A DNA stretch of 64,000 nucleotides from Candidatus Calditenuis fumarioli (lineage in GTDB: Archaea; Thermoproteota; Nitrososphaeria_A; Caldarchaeales; Calditenuaceae): assembly GCA_030059665.1 (NCBI GenBank), contig JANVYR010000001.1, positions 576,001 to 640,000 on the forward strand, given 5' to 3'. Made by a program: the position numbers and the translations under genes. Positions 55,725-64,000 of the stretch are shown here, piece by piece. The notes beneath the pieces were generated by a model. It had not been told where the DNA came from. It saw only the letters and a program-made list of their open reading frames with translations, and made no database searches. How positions within the stretch are numbered: position 1 is the stretch's first letter; every line of letters starts with the position of its first letter.

Positions 55725-56558
55725 GTGAGGGTGGCCATCGCCCAGATCTCGAGCAGGATCGGCGACGTCCAGCACAACGCGGAGAAGCACCTGCGGCTGA
55801 TGGAGGAGGCGGAGGCAGAGGGCGCTGACGTCGTCATCTTCCCGGAGCTCTCCCTCACCGGTTACGTTTTGAGGGACTTGGCTTACGAGGTGGCGAGGCC
55901 CTGCCGTGAGGCCGTCCGCAGGATGGTCGGTGAGGGACCCAAGCTCACGTCGGTCATCGGCTTCGTCGAGGAGGTAAGGGACGGGGTGCTGAGGAACTCG
56001 GCGGCCGTGATCGGTTCCGGGAGGGTGATGGCCGTGATCCCGAAGTTCTACCTGCCGACGTACGGGCTCTTCGAGGAGGCGAGGTACTTCGCTCCCGGCG
56101 ATCCGCTGAGGGACGTCAGGGTGATAGACGCGCCCTTCGGAAGGATGGGCGTGGCGATCTGCGAGGACCTCTGGCACCCCGAGCCCGCGGAGGCCCTCGT
56201 GAGGATGGGGGTCGAGCTCCTGGTCTGCATCGCGTCCTCGCCGGCGAGGGGGATCGGCCAGGGTCCGGAGGGAGAGCCTTGGATCGCCTCTGCCTGGAGG
56301 TCGATACTCGCGGCCACGGCGCTGATGAACTCGGTCCACGTCGTCTTCGTCAACCGAGTGGGGCCTGAGGACGAGGAGTACTTCTGGGGCGGCTCGATGG
56401 CCGTTGGCCCAGACGGCAGGATCCTGTACAGGGCGCCCCTGTACGAGGAGGGGCTCTTCGTCTGCGAGCTGGACCTGTGGGAGAACGCCAGGGCGAGGCG
56501 CTTCAGCTCCTTCAGGGTTCATCAGAGGGACTTCCACCGGCTCCTCTCGGAGCTCTGA
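55725..56558 (+). CDS. Nitrilase-superfamily C-N hydrolase (NAD-synthetase glutaminase-like)
   Basis: FPELSLTGY, K.YLPTYGLFEE.RYF.PG, ICEDLW, FWGGS. Confidence 0.88.
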   Translation: MRVAIAQISSRIGDVQHNAEKHLRLMEEAEAEGADVVIFPELSLTGYVLRDLAYEVARPCREAVRRMVGEGPKLTSVIGFVEEVRDGVLRNSAAVIGSGRVMAVIPKFYLPTYGLFEEARYFAPGDPLRDVRVIDAPFGRMGVAICEDLWHPEPAEALVRMGVELLVCIASSPARGIGQGPEGEPWIASAWRSILAATALMNSVHVVFVNRVGPEDEEYFWGGSMAVGPDGRILYRAPLYEEGLFVCELDLWENARARRFSSFRVHQRDFHRLLSEL

Positions 56559-56562
56559 GGCC

Positions 56563-57498
56563 TTGACGGGGTCGGCGCTCGAGGAGGTCGCGCACACCGT
56601 CGCTTCCGCAGCCACCAAGGCCCTGTTGGTCGAGGCCCTCGCCGCACCGAAGCCTGGGCTTGTGGACAGGTACCGCGACCTGAAGGAGCTCAACGTCTTC
56701 AGGATGGCGGTGAGCGCGGTCTCGGCCTACCGGTGGTTCGCGAGGGCCGCCATCGGAGGTGCCAGAGGGTCGAGGGGTGTGGTGGGGAGGTGCGTGCTCG
56801 GAGCTGTCCGGGACTCGATCTCCTCCCAGCGCGGCGGCAACGCCCACCTCGGCGCCCTGTTGCTGCTGGTCCCGCTCTGCGCGGCCGCTGGCAGGCTGAT
56901 TTCCTCCGGGTCGAGATCGGGTGAGAAGGGCCTGCGGAGGGAGGTCGTCAAGGTGATGAGGTCAGCGGGTGAGGCCGATGCGGTCGACGTCTTCGCGGCC
57001 ATCCGCGAGGCCAAGCCCGGAGGTCTAGGGAAGGTCGCGTACCTCGACGTCACAGACCCCGAAACCTACCACGAGATCAGAAAGAGGCGGATCCGCCTCC
57101 TGGAGGCCCTCTCGGTATACCGGGGGAGGGACCTCGTCGCCGACGAGCTCGTCGAGGGCTACCCACTGACCTTCGAGGTTTGCCTGCCGGTCATGAGGCG
57201 TTACCTCGGGTCCACGAACAGGCTGGACGTCGCGGTGGTCAACGGCCTGCTGGCCGTGATGGCAGCTCGCCCTGACACGCACGTCGTCAGGAGGAACGGC
57301 CTTCACGTTGCCCGATACGTCTCCGACCTGGCAAAGGGCGCGCTGAGGCTCGGGGGGATCGCAACCCCGGCCGGGAGGAGGGCGGTCGAGCGCATGGACT
57401 CCTACATGAGGTCGAGGGACGTAAGGCCCGGCTCCTCGGCCGACGTGGTAGATGCGGCGCTCATGGCGCTCCTGCTCCTCCACCGCGTCAAGCCCTAA
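56563..57498 (+). CDS. CitG-family triphosphoribosyl-dephospho-CoA synthase-like protein
   Basis: E..A.PKPGLV, G.N.HLG..LL, PDT.V.R..G, PGSSAD. Confidence 0.82.
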   Translation: MTGSALEEVAHTVASAATKALLVEALAAPKPGLVDRYRDLKELNVFRMAVSAVSAYRWFARAAIGGARGSRGVVGRCVLGAVRDSISSQRGGNAHLGALLLLVPLCAAAGRLISSGSRSGEKGLRREVVKVMRSAGEADAVDVFAAIREAKPGGLGKVAYLDVTDPETYHEIRKRRIRLLEALSVYRGRDLVADELVEGYPLTFEVCLPVMRRYLGSTNRLDVAVVNGLLAVMAARPDTHVVRRNGLHVARYVSDLAKGALRLGGIATPAGRRAVERMDSYMRSRDVRPGSSADVVDAALMALLLLHRVKP

Positions 57499-58337
57499 CC
57501 GCGCACCGGCCTGCCGATGAAGGCAGAGGCCATCCTGACGGCGTCCAACGTCTCCCTAACGTTGTGCGTCCTCACGACGTCCGCGCCCTGCAGTACCGCG
57601 ATCGCCTCCGAGGCTATCGAGCCGTACAGCCGCTGCTCCGGATCCTCCCTTCCCGTCAGCTTCCCGATGAAGCTCTTCCTCGAGCACCCGATGAGTACAG
57701 GCCTACCGAGGGCCCGGATCTCCCGCAGCCTCCGGAGGATCTCCAGGTCGACCTGGTACCACTTCAGGTCCCTGTGGTTCCGGTGGAAGCCTATCCCCGG
57801 GTCTATCAGGATCCTCTCCTCCTCTATCCCGGCGTCCAGCGCGGCCTCCACCGACGCCCTCAGCCTCCGGATTATCCCCTCGATCACGTCGCCCGATTCC
57901 ACATCGCGCGCCATCAGGACGAGCGCCGCTCCGCTCTCGGCTATCTCCCTGAGGACGGGTTTGAGGTGGGCGAGCCCGTAAACGTCGTTGACGGCTTCAG
58001 CGCCCATCCTCAGCGCCTCCAGCACCGGCCTCGGCCTGAACGAGTCCACGGACACGGGCAGGTCGGTCGCGTCCCTTATCGCCTTCAATGCCCACCTGAT
58101 CCTCTCCGCCTCCGTCTCCTCGTCGATCCAGGACTCGAGGTAAGGCGCCGAGGACATCGCTCCCAGATCTATCACATCAGCCCCCTGCTCCTCCATCTCC
58201 GATGCGGCCCGTGCGACCTCCTCGGGAGACCTCCTGACCGATCCCTTGTAGAAGGACTCCGGGCTGACGTTGATCACGCCCATCAACCTGACCGGCAGGC
58301 CCTCTCCTACCTCGACCCTCCCTATCCTGGCCCTCAT
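57495..58337 (-). CDS. folP: Dihydropteroate synthase
   Basis: MGVINVSPESFY, IDLG..S, SVDS, NDV.G, DPGIGF, G.SRKSFI, RTHNV. Confidence 0.93.
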   Translation of the reverse strand: MRARIGRVEVGEGLPVRLMGVINVSPESFYKGSVRRSPEEVARAASEMEEQGADVIDLGAMSSAPYLESWIDEETEAERIRWALKAIRDATDLPVSVDSFRPRPVLEALRMGAEAVNDVYGLAHLKPVLREIAESGAALVLMARDVESGDVIEGIIRRLRASVEAALDAGIEEERILIDPGIGFHRNHRDLKWYQVDLEILRRLREIRALGRPVLIGCSRKSFIGKLTGREDPEQRLYGSIASEAIAVLQGADVVRTHNVRETLDAVRMASAFIGRPVRG

Positions 58338-58432
58338 CCGGAACCGGATGCGCGGCCGTCCCTATCAAGCGTCCTCCGCATCGCGCTACGAAAGGAAACG
58401 TTGATCACCCGCCTGGAGCGAGTAAACCCGGA

Positions 58433-58753
58433 ATGTCGGAGGAAGAGATAACGGTGGAGAAGGTGCTGGAGGCGCTGAAGATGGTCTACGACCCCGAGAT
58501 ACCGGTGAACGTGGTGGACCTCGGCCTGATCTACGACATCCAGATCAACCAGCAGGAGCGGTCGGTCTACGTCAAGATGACGCTCACCGCACCCGGCTGC
58601 CCGGTCGGTTTCCTCGTGGTCGAGCAGGCGAAGGAGGCCATCAGGTCCATGATACCCTCGGTGAAGAAGGTCGATGTGGAGCTGACCTTCAACCCGCCCT
58701 GGACGCCCGACAGGATGAGCGACGAGGCCAAGGAGATACTGGGCTTCATCTGA
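58433..58753 (+). CDS. DUF59/SufT-like Fe-S assembly protein
   Basis: VYDPEIPVNVVDLGLIY, MTLTAPGCP, PPWTP.RMS. Confidence 0.92.
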   Translation: MSEEEITVEKVLEALKMVYDPEIPVNVVDLGLIYDIQINQQERSVYVKMTLTAPGCPVGFLVVEQAKEAIRSMIPSVKKVDVELTFNPPWTPDRMSDEAKEILGFI

Positions 58754-58765
58754 GGTCTATTCGCG

Positions 58766-59842
58766 TCAGTTCTGCCTAGGCCCGAAGTACCAGTCAATGA
58801 ACCCTTCGACCCGGGCCTCCAGCTCCGTCCGCCTCATCTCGTTCAACTTCGAGTACCTTATCGCCTCCAAGAGGTCGTAGCAGAGCTGCTCCGAATCGTC
58901 GCCGATAGGGGCAGCCCTAGCCTCGACGACCGCACGGTCCTCCAGAGTGGGCGTCACGTCGTAGAGCCGGTTGGCGCAGATAGCGAGGAACCTCAGCGTA
59001 GCCACCCCTACGCCACGACGCATCAGCAGGTCCCTGAAGTCCTCGGGCACGTCTTTGCAGAGCCCCTCCAGCACCCTCCAGTTCACCCGCACCGGCGTGG
59101 TCAGCGGGTTCTCCTCGGCCTGCAGGTCCGGGACGTACTCGAGCAGCGACCTCTGCTCCCGGGGCCTGTACGACGCCGCCACCCTTCTCAGCCTCCCCAA
59201 TCCCTCCCTGAGTACCTCCACCGAAGACCTCCGGAGCTCCCAGTTCATCGAGTGCGTGAAGTCGAGACAGTACCTCGCCCTCGAGTCTGAGAGGATGAGC
59301 GTGTGGGGCTCGTCGACGAGGTCCCGCTCCGCTGCCCTCCTGGAGCTCCAAAGGTAGAGCCTCCTGAGTACGCTCTTGTGGCCTATCTGCACGACCGACC
59401 AGGCGCACTCGACCGAGAAGGCCATCACGTGCAGCCATAGCTCGTAGCCGTCCTGGACCGCGACGCCGTCGACCTTCGCGGTGGCCCTGCTGACCTCCTT
59501 CAACATCTCGACCTGAGCCTCGGGCATCCCCATGTACGTCGCCAGCCCGTCGATCTCGTCGGGCACCCTGAACTTCTCCGAGTAGACGCCGCCGACCACG
59601 ACTACACCGTCCATCGGCGTGAGCGCGTCCTTCAGCAGCGAGAACATCAGCTCGACCGCTCCCGACGTCGGTGACCCCGGGCGGATCAGCGTCAGGAAGC
59701 ACTGGAGGCCGGCCGGATCGCCCAGGAGCTCGACGAACCTGGAGGGCCCGAAGTAGCCGGTGAAGGAGCCGACCACGGTCCTGATCTCGGCCCTGAGCCT
59801 CTCGTACTGGGCCCTGCTGGGCCGCTGAACCGGTGGCTCCAC
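58766..59842 (-). CDS. Hypothetical protein
   Basis: 357-aa ORF filling the gap with host-like codon usage; no family recognised. Confidence 0.6.
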   Translation of the reverse strand: MEPPVQRPSRAQYERLRAEIRTVVGSFTGYFGPSRFVELLGDPAGLQCFLTLIRPGSPTSGAVELMFSLLKDALTPMDGVVVVGGVYSEKFRVPDEIDGLATYMGMPEAQVEMLKEVSRATAKVDGVAVQDGYELWLHVMAFSVECAWSVVQIGHKSVLRRLYLWSSRRAAERDLVDEPHTLILSDSRARYCLDFTHSMNWELRRSSVEVLREGLGRLRRVAASYRPREQRSLLEYVPDLQAEENPLTTPVRVNWRVLEGLCKDVPEDFRDLLMRRGVGVATLRFLAICANRLYDVTPTLEDRAVVEARAAPIGDDSEQLCYDLLEAIRYSKLNEMRRTELEARVEGFIDWYFGPRQN

Positions 59843-60003
59843 CGCGCCTCACCTGGCTGGCGAGGACCAATCGACGTTGCGGATTTAACCGTATGGTGTG
59901 TAGCAGCGTAGCGTATTACGTGCATCGGACTACGCGCATGATACGTGAAGGGACGTGTCCGTAGCGGGTTTGGTGGTAAGGGAAAAAGAGGCTGTTTGGG
60001 GGA

Positions 60004-60249
60004 TCAGGCGAGACGGGGCGGGAGTAAATCCTGGAGGAGTACGTCCTCGTAGGTCCCGTCGGGGTAGCGCCTCCTGATGACTATCGGTAGAACGCCGGCC
60101 TTCAGCTCCTTGACCGCGATGGTGAATATCGTGTCGCCCGGCTCCGGCTTAACCAGCGGGAACGCGCCGACCGAGAGCTGGAGCGCCCTCCCACCGATTA
60201 TCCTCGTCTCCTCGTACTTGGTGAGCCTTCGCTGCGTAGCGAGCACCAT
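60004..60249 (-). CDS. rpoK: RNA polymerase subunit Rpo6 (K)
   Basis: LTKYE..RIIG.RALQL..GA..L, ELK.GVLPI.IRR..P.G. Confidence 0.95.
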   Translation of the reverse strand: MVLATQRRLTKYEETRIIGGRALQLSVGAFPLVKPEPGDTIFTIAVKELKAGVLPIVIRRRYPDGTYEDVLLQDLLPPRLA

Positions 60250-60284
60250 CGCTCCTTTCCTCTTCAGCCTTCAGCGAGGTCTGT

Positions 60285-61946
60285 TCAGTCGAAGTCGGTG
60301 CTGGTGCTGCTCTTCTCCTCCTCTTCCTCCTTCTTCTCCTTCTTGCTCTCCTTCTCCGAGAGCTTGGACGCGGCGATGATGTCGTCGATCTTCAGCACCA
60401 GGGAGGCGGCCTCGACGGCCGACTTGATCACCTGCTTCTTCACCGCGACCGGATCTATGACGTTGAGCGACATCATGTCGTGGAGCCTGTTGTTCAGGAC
60501 GTCGACGCCGAACCAGATCTGGCCCTCCTTGTGCTTGCTCCTCAGGGTGACGATGCTCTCGACCGGGTCGAGGCCGGCGTTCTCGGCCAGCTGTATCGGG
60601 ACTATCTCAAGGGCCTCAGCGAACTTCTCCACCGCGAGCTGCTCCTTCCCCGGCAGGGTCCTCGCGTAGTCCCTGAGCCTCAGCGCGAGCTCGGTCTCGA
60701 TGGCACCTCCGCCGGCGACGATCTTGGGCTCGATCAGGATGTCCTTGACGACGTTGATCGCGTCCTTGAGGGAGCGCTCGGCCTCGTCGACTATCCTCTG
60801 GGTCCCTCCCCTGACGAGGATCGTCACCGACCTCGGGTTCTCGCAGCCCTCGACGAAGACCATCTTGTCCTCTCCGACCCTCCTCTCCTCGACCAGCTGG
60901 GCCTTTCCGAGGTCCTCCGGCGTGAGGTCGTCGATCCTCGAGATCACCCTGCCGCCGGTGGCCTTGGCGAGCTTCTCCATGTCGCTCTTCTTTATCCTCC
61001 TGACCGCGAGTATCCCCTTCCTCGCGAGGAAGTGCTGCGCGAGGTCGTCGATCCCCTTCTGGCAGAAGACTACGTTGGCCCCGGTCGCCGCGATCTTGTC
61101 GACCATCTCCTTAAGCATCTTCTCCTCCTGCTCCATGAAGGCCCTCATCTGCTCCGGCGTCTCGATGTGGAGCTTGGCGTCGAACTCGGTCTTCTCGATC
61201 TCGAGCGGCGCGTCCAGCAGCGCTATCCTCGCGTTCCTCACGAGCTTCGGCATGTCAGGATGGACCACCTCCTTGTCGAGCACGATGCCCTCGATCAGCA
61301 TAGTGTCGACCACCGACATGCCCTCCTTCTTCTCGATCTTGATGTCGTCCAGGTCCACCTTCCACTTGCCGTTCTCGAGCCTGGCCACCTTGAGCACCGC
61401 GTCCACCGCTATCCTCGCGAGGTGATCGGCGAACTCACCGACCAGCTTGCTGGAGAGCGAGGTCTTCGCGATCCGGATGAGGTACTCCCTGTCCTGCGGG
61501 TTGACGGGCACCCCGATCTCGTCGAGGATCCTGAGGGCCTCTGCGGCTGCCTTCTTGTAACCCTCGATGATCAGCGACGGGTGTATCTCCTTGTCGATCA
61601 GCTCCTCGGCCTTGGCCAGTAGCTCACCGGCCACGACGACGGCGGTGGTAGTGCCGTCACCGACCTCCTCGTCCTGGGCCTTGGCGACCTCCACGAGCAT
61701 CTTAGCGACCGGGTGCTCGACGTCCATCTCCTTCAGGATCGTCGCTCCGTCGTTGGTGATCACGATGTCCCCGAAGCTGTCGACGAGCATCTTGTCCATT
61801 CCCCTCGGGCCGAGCGAAGTCCGCATGGCCTCAGCGATCGCCTTCGCCACGGTTATGTTGGCCGCCTGCGCCTCCCTTCCCCTGGTCCTCTGCGTCCCCT
61901 CCTTCAGGATGATCACGGGTACCGTAGCTCCTGGAGCTGCTGCCAT
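60285..61946 (-). CDS. ths: Thermosome (group II chaperonin) subunit
   Basis: [35 protein letters not shown]. Start set at ATG 61946. Confidence 0.97.
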   Translation of the reverse strand: MAAAPGATVPVIILKEGTQRTRGREAQAANITVAKAIAEAMRTSLGPRGMDKMLVDSFGDIVITNDGATILKEMDVEHPVAKMLVEVAKAQDEEVGDGTTTAVVVAGELLAKAEELIDKEIHPSLIIEGYKKAAAEALRILDEIGVPVNPQDREYLIRIAKTSLSSKLVGEFADHLARIAVDAVLKVARLENGKWKVDLDDIKIEKKEGMSVVDTMLIEGIVLDKEVVHPDMPKLVRNARIALLDAPLEIEKTEFDAKLHIETPEQMRAFMEQEEKMLKEMVDKIAATGANVVFCQKGIDDLAQHFLARKGILAVRRIKKSDMEKLAKATGGRVISRIDDLTPEDLGKAQLVEERRVGEDKMVFVEGCENPRSVTILVRGGTQRIVDEAERSLKDAINVVKDILIEPKIVAGGGAIETELALRLRDYARTLPGKEQLAVEKFAEALEIVPIQLAENAGLDPVESIVTLRSKHKEGQIWFGVDVLNNRLHDMMSLNVIDPVAVKKQVIKSAVEAASLVLKIDDIIAASKLSEKESKKEKKEEEEEKSSTSTDFD

Positions 61947-62157
61947 ACCAAAACCACCTGTCGTTACCGTCATCGCCTTCCTTTTAAACGTCGTCTCAAC
62001 GGTCATAGAGACACGGTCCGTTGACCCGGAACTCCGGTCTCCGCTGAATCGATGGACGCAAGGGCGCATGTCCTGCACGGCAACCACGTCGGGAGGCAGC
62101 TCGCCGCCCCTTTTCCCGGGAACGTTTACGTCAAAGGCCTTTCGGTGATCCAAGGAG

Positions 62158-63165
62158 TTGGCGGAGAGGAAGCTCAGGTTCGCGATACCGAAGGGCTCGC
62201 TGGAGCAGGATACGCTGAAGCTCCTCCAGGCGGCTTTCTACGAGGTCAAGGGCGCGGACAGGTCGTACAGGCCCTCGATCAGCGACCAGGAGATATCGCT
62301 GAAGATCCTGAGGCCCCAGGAGATCCCCGTCTACGTCCAGGACGGTCTCCACGACATAGGCATCACGGGATCCGACTGGGTCCTCGAGACGGGCGCCGAC
62401 GTGGAGGTGCTGAGGGACCTCGAGTACGGAAGGGTCCGGCTGGTCTTCGCGGCCCCGGCCTCTGACGACTCGACCAGCATCAGCCAGTTCCTCGAGCGGA
62501 GGCTCTCCAGAGGTCTGCCCGTGAGGATATCGACTGAGTACCTGAACATCACAGCCCGGACCATCGCGCAGAACCCCGTCTACCGGAGGTACTTCGGGGA
62601 GATGAGGCCCATGATCGTCACGCCGTGGTACCGCGTCGGCGAGAACGAGAAGGTCGGGATTTACCTCTCCTTCGGTGCAACCGAGGCCAAGCCTCCTGAG
62701 GAGGCGGACGCAATAGTGGACAACACCGAGACGGGGAGGACGCTCGAGCAGAACAACCTCAGGATCGTCGAGCAGATCATGGTGAGCAGCGCCACGCTCA
62801 TCGCCAACAGGGATGCCCTCAAGGACCCCTGGAAGAGGGAGAAGATACTGGACGTCCTCTCGATGTTCACGGGCGTCATAGAGTCCCGCAGGAGGCTGCA
62901 CGTCTTCCTGAACGTCCGCGAGGAGAACCTCCAGGAGCTCCTCTCCATCCTCCCTGGGCTGAAGTCGCCCACGATCAGCAGGCTCGCGGCACCGGGGTGG
63001 TACGCGGTGAACACCGTCATCGAGAGGTCGGAGCTGTTCCGGATACTGCCGAGGCTGAGGAGAATTGCCCAGGGTCTCGTGATACACGAACCACAGCTGA
63101 TCCTCTCGATCGAGGAGGTGATGAGGGGAGTTGAGGCCGATGAGGGTGAGCGGAAGGGAAGTTGA
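62158..63165 (+). CDS. hisG: ATP phosphoribosyltransferase, long form
   Basis: AIPKGSL, RPQEIP.YV, D.GITG.D, GATE..PP..AD.IVD, C-terminal regulatory domain. Confidence 0.93.
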   Translation: MAERKLRFAIPKGSLEQDTLKLLQAAFYEVKGADRSYRPSISDQEISLKILRPQEIPVYVQDGLHDIGITGSDWVLETGADVEVLRDLEYGRVRLVFAAPASDDSTSISQFLERRLSRGLPVRISTEYLNITARTIAQNPVYRRYFGEMRPMIVTPWYRVGENEKVGIYLSFGATEAKPPEEADAIVDNTETGRTLEQNNLRIVEQIMVSSATLIANRDALKDPWKREKILDVLSMFTGVIESRRRLHVFLNVREENLQELLSILPGLKSPTISRLAAPGWYAVNTVIERSELFRILPRLRRIAQGLVIHEPQLILSIEEVMRGVEADEGERKGS

Positions 63166-64000
63166 GGCTCTGGCCCGGGAGATCAGGAGGACCTCTCGAT
63201 CCGACACGCAGCTCTCCGAGACCGTGAGGAGGATCATCGCAGATGTGAGGGAGAGGGGCGACAAAGCGCTCGTCGAGATGGCGAGAAGGTTCGACGGCGT
63301 CGAGCTGAGCGTTGAGGACCTGGTCTCCGGCAGGAGCGAGATGGAGGAGGCCGTCTCGAGGGCCGACAGGTCGCTGGTCAGGGCCCTGAGGAGGCTCGCG
63401 TCGAGGGTTTCGAGGCTGGAGCGGAGGCGGCTGAGGTCCGTCTCGTTCCGGGTCAGGTATCCCGAGGGCACGGTCATCGAGTCCACCTGGAGGCCCCTGG
63501 TGTCGGTCGGGTGCTACGCTCCGGGCGGTAGGGCCCCCTACGTCAGCACGATCGTCATGCTCGGCGTCCCCGCATCGGTGGCCGGCGTCGGTCGGAAGGT
63601 CCTCGCCACACCCCCACCGAGGAGCGAGGAGACCCGGACTGCGGTACTCGCGGCCGCTCACGTCGCCGGTTTCGACGAGGTGCTCTGGTCGGGTGGTGCT
63701 CAGGCGGTGGCGGCCCTGGCCTATGGGACCGAGAGCGTCAAACCGGTGGAGAAGGTGCTCGGCCCCGGTAACAGGTACGTCGCCGAGGCGAAGAGGCAGA
63801 TCCAGTCGGACGTGGCGATCGACTTCGTCGCAGGTCCCACCGAGCTCGTGGTGCTCTTCGACAGGTCATCGAGCGCGGAGCTTGTGGCGATGGACATGAT
63901 GGCCCAGGCCGAACACGGCCCCGGATCGATAGCGGTTGCCGTGACAGCCGACGAGGATGCGGCGAACGCGCTGGCGTCCGTCCTCGAGTCGGAGCTCAGG
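63140..64000 (+). CDS. hisD: Histidinol dehydrogenase, truncated by window end; not in the ORF track
   Basis: ATG 63140 gives [72 protein letters not shown]. Confidence 0.93.
   Translation, partial: MRVSGREVEALAREIRRTSRSDTQLSETVRRIIADVRERGDKALVEMARRFDGVELSVEDLVSGRSEMEEAVSRADRSLVRALRRLASRVSRLERRRLRSVSFRVRYPEGTVIESTWRPLVSVGCYAPGGRAPYVSTIVMLGVPASVAGVGRKVLATPPPRSEETRTAVLAAAHVAGFDEVLWSGGAQAVAALAYGTESVKPVEKVLGPGNRYVAEAKRQIQSDVAIDFVAGPTELVVLFDRSSSAELVAMDMMAQAEHGPGSIAVAVTADEDAANALASVLESELR

Overview
64 kb of a high-GC thermophilic TACK-type archaeon. The archaeal histone, Rpo6/7/12, Spt4, thermosome, class I LysRS and intron-containing tRNAs point this way; Caldarchaeales/Aigarchaeota is an inference. 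Most of the window is housekeeping and metabolism: a complete clade II N2O-reductase (nos) operon, an ECF thiamine-type transporter, isocitrate lyase, a CoxL-like Mo enzyme, an intein-containing class II RNR, glnA, folP, mvaD and hisG/D. Three visibly AT-richer accessory patches stand out. (1) An ABC-ATPase/TOPRIM-like gene pair beside tRNA-Leu. (2) An IS110/Tas-like gene with a structured downstream RNA and an IS5-derived MITE at 30.1-31.8 kb. (3) The main discovery, a 1.3 kb element at 50.8-52.1 kb inserted into the tRNA-Asn gene. It encodes a 258-aa RuvC-like plus Nop/IS110-like protein that appears to lack the IS110 catalytic serine. Downstream is a ~115-nt hairpin RNA whose symmetric loop carries two 9-nt spacers (TAGAGCGCC and TTAACAGCC) in identical GCAA-N9-GAATGC frames. 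These match opposite strands of the reconstructed empty tRNA-Asn site exactly. The element restores the tRNA with its own promoter and 5' half, and a 30-nt BHB intron in that half both hides the element end and breaks the guide target.
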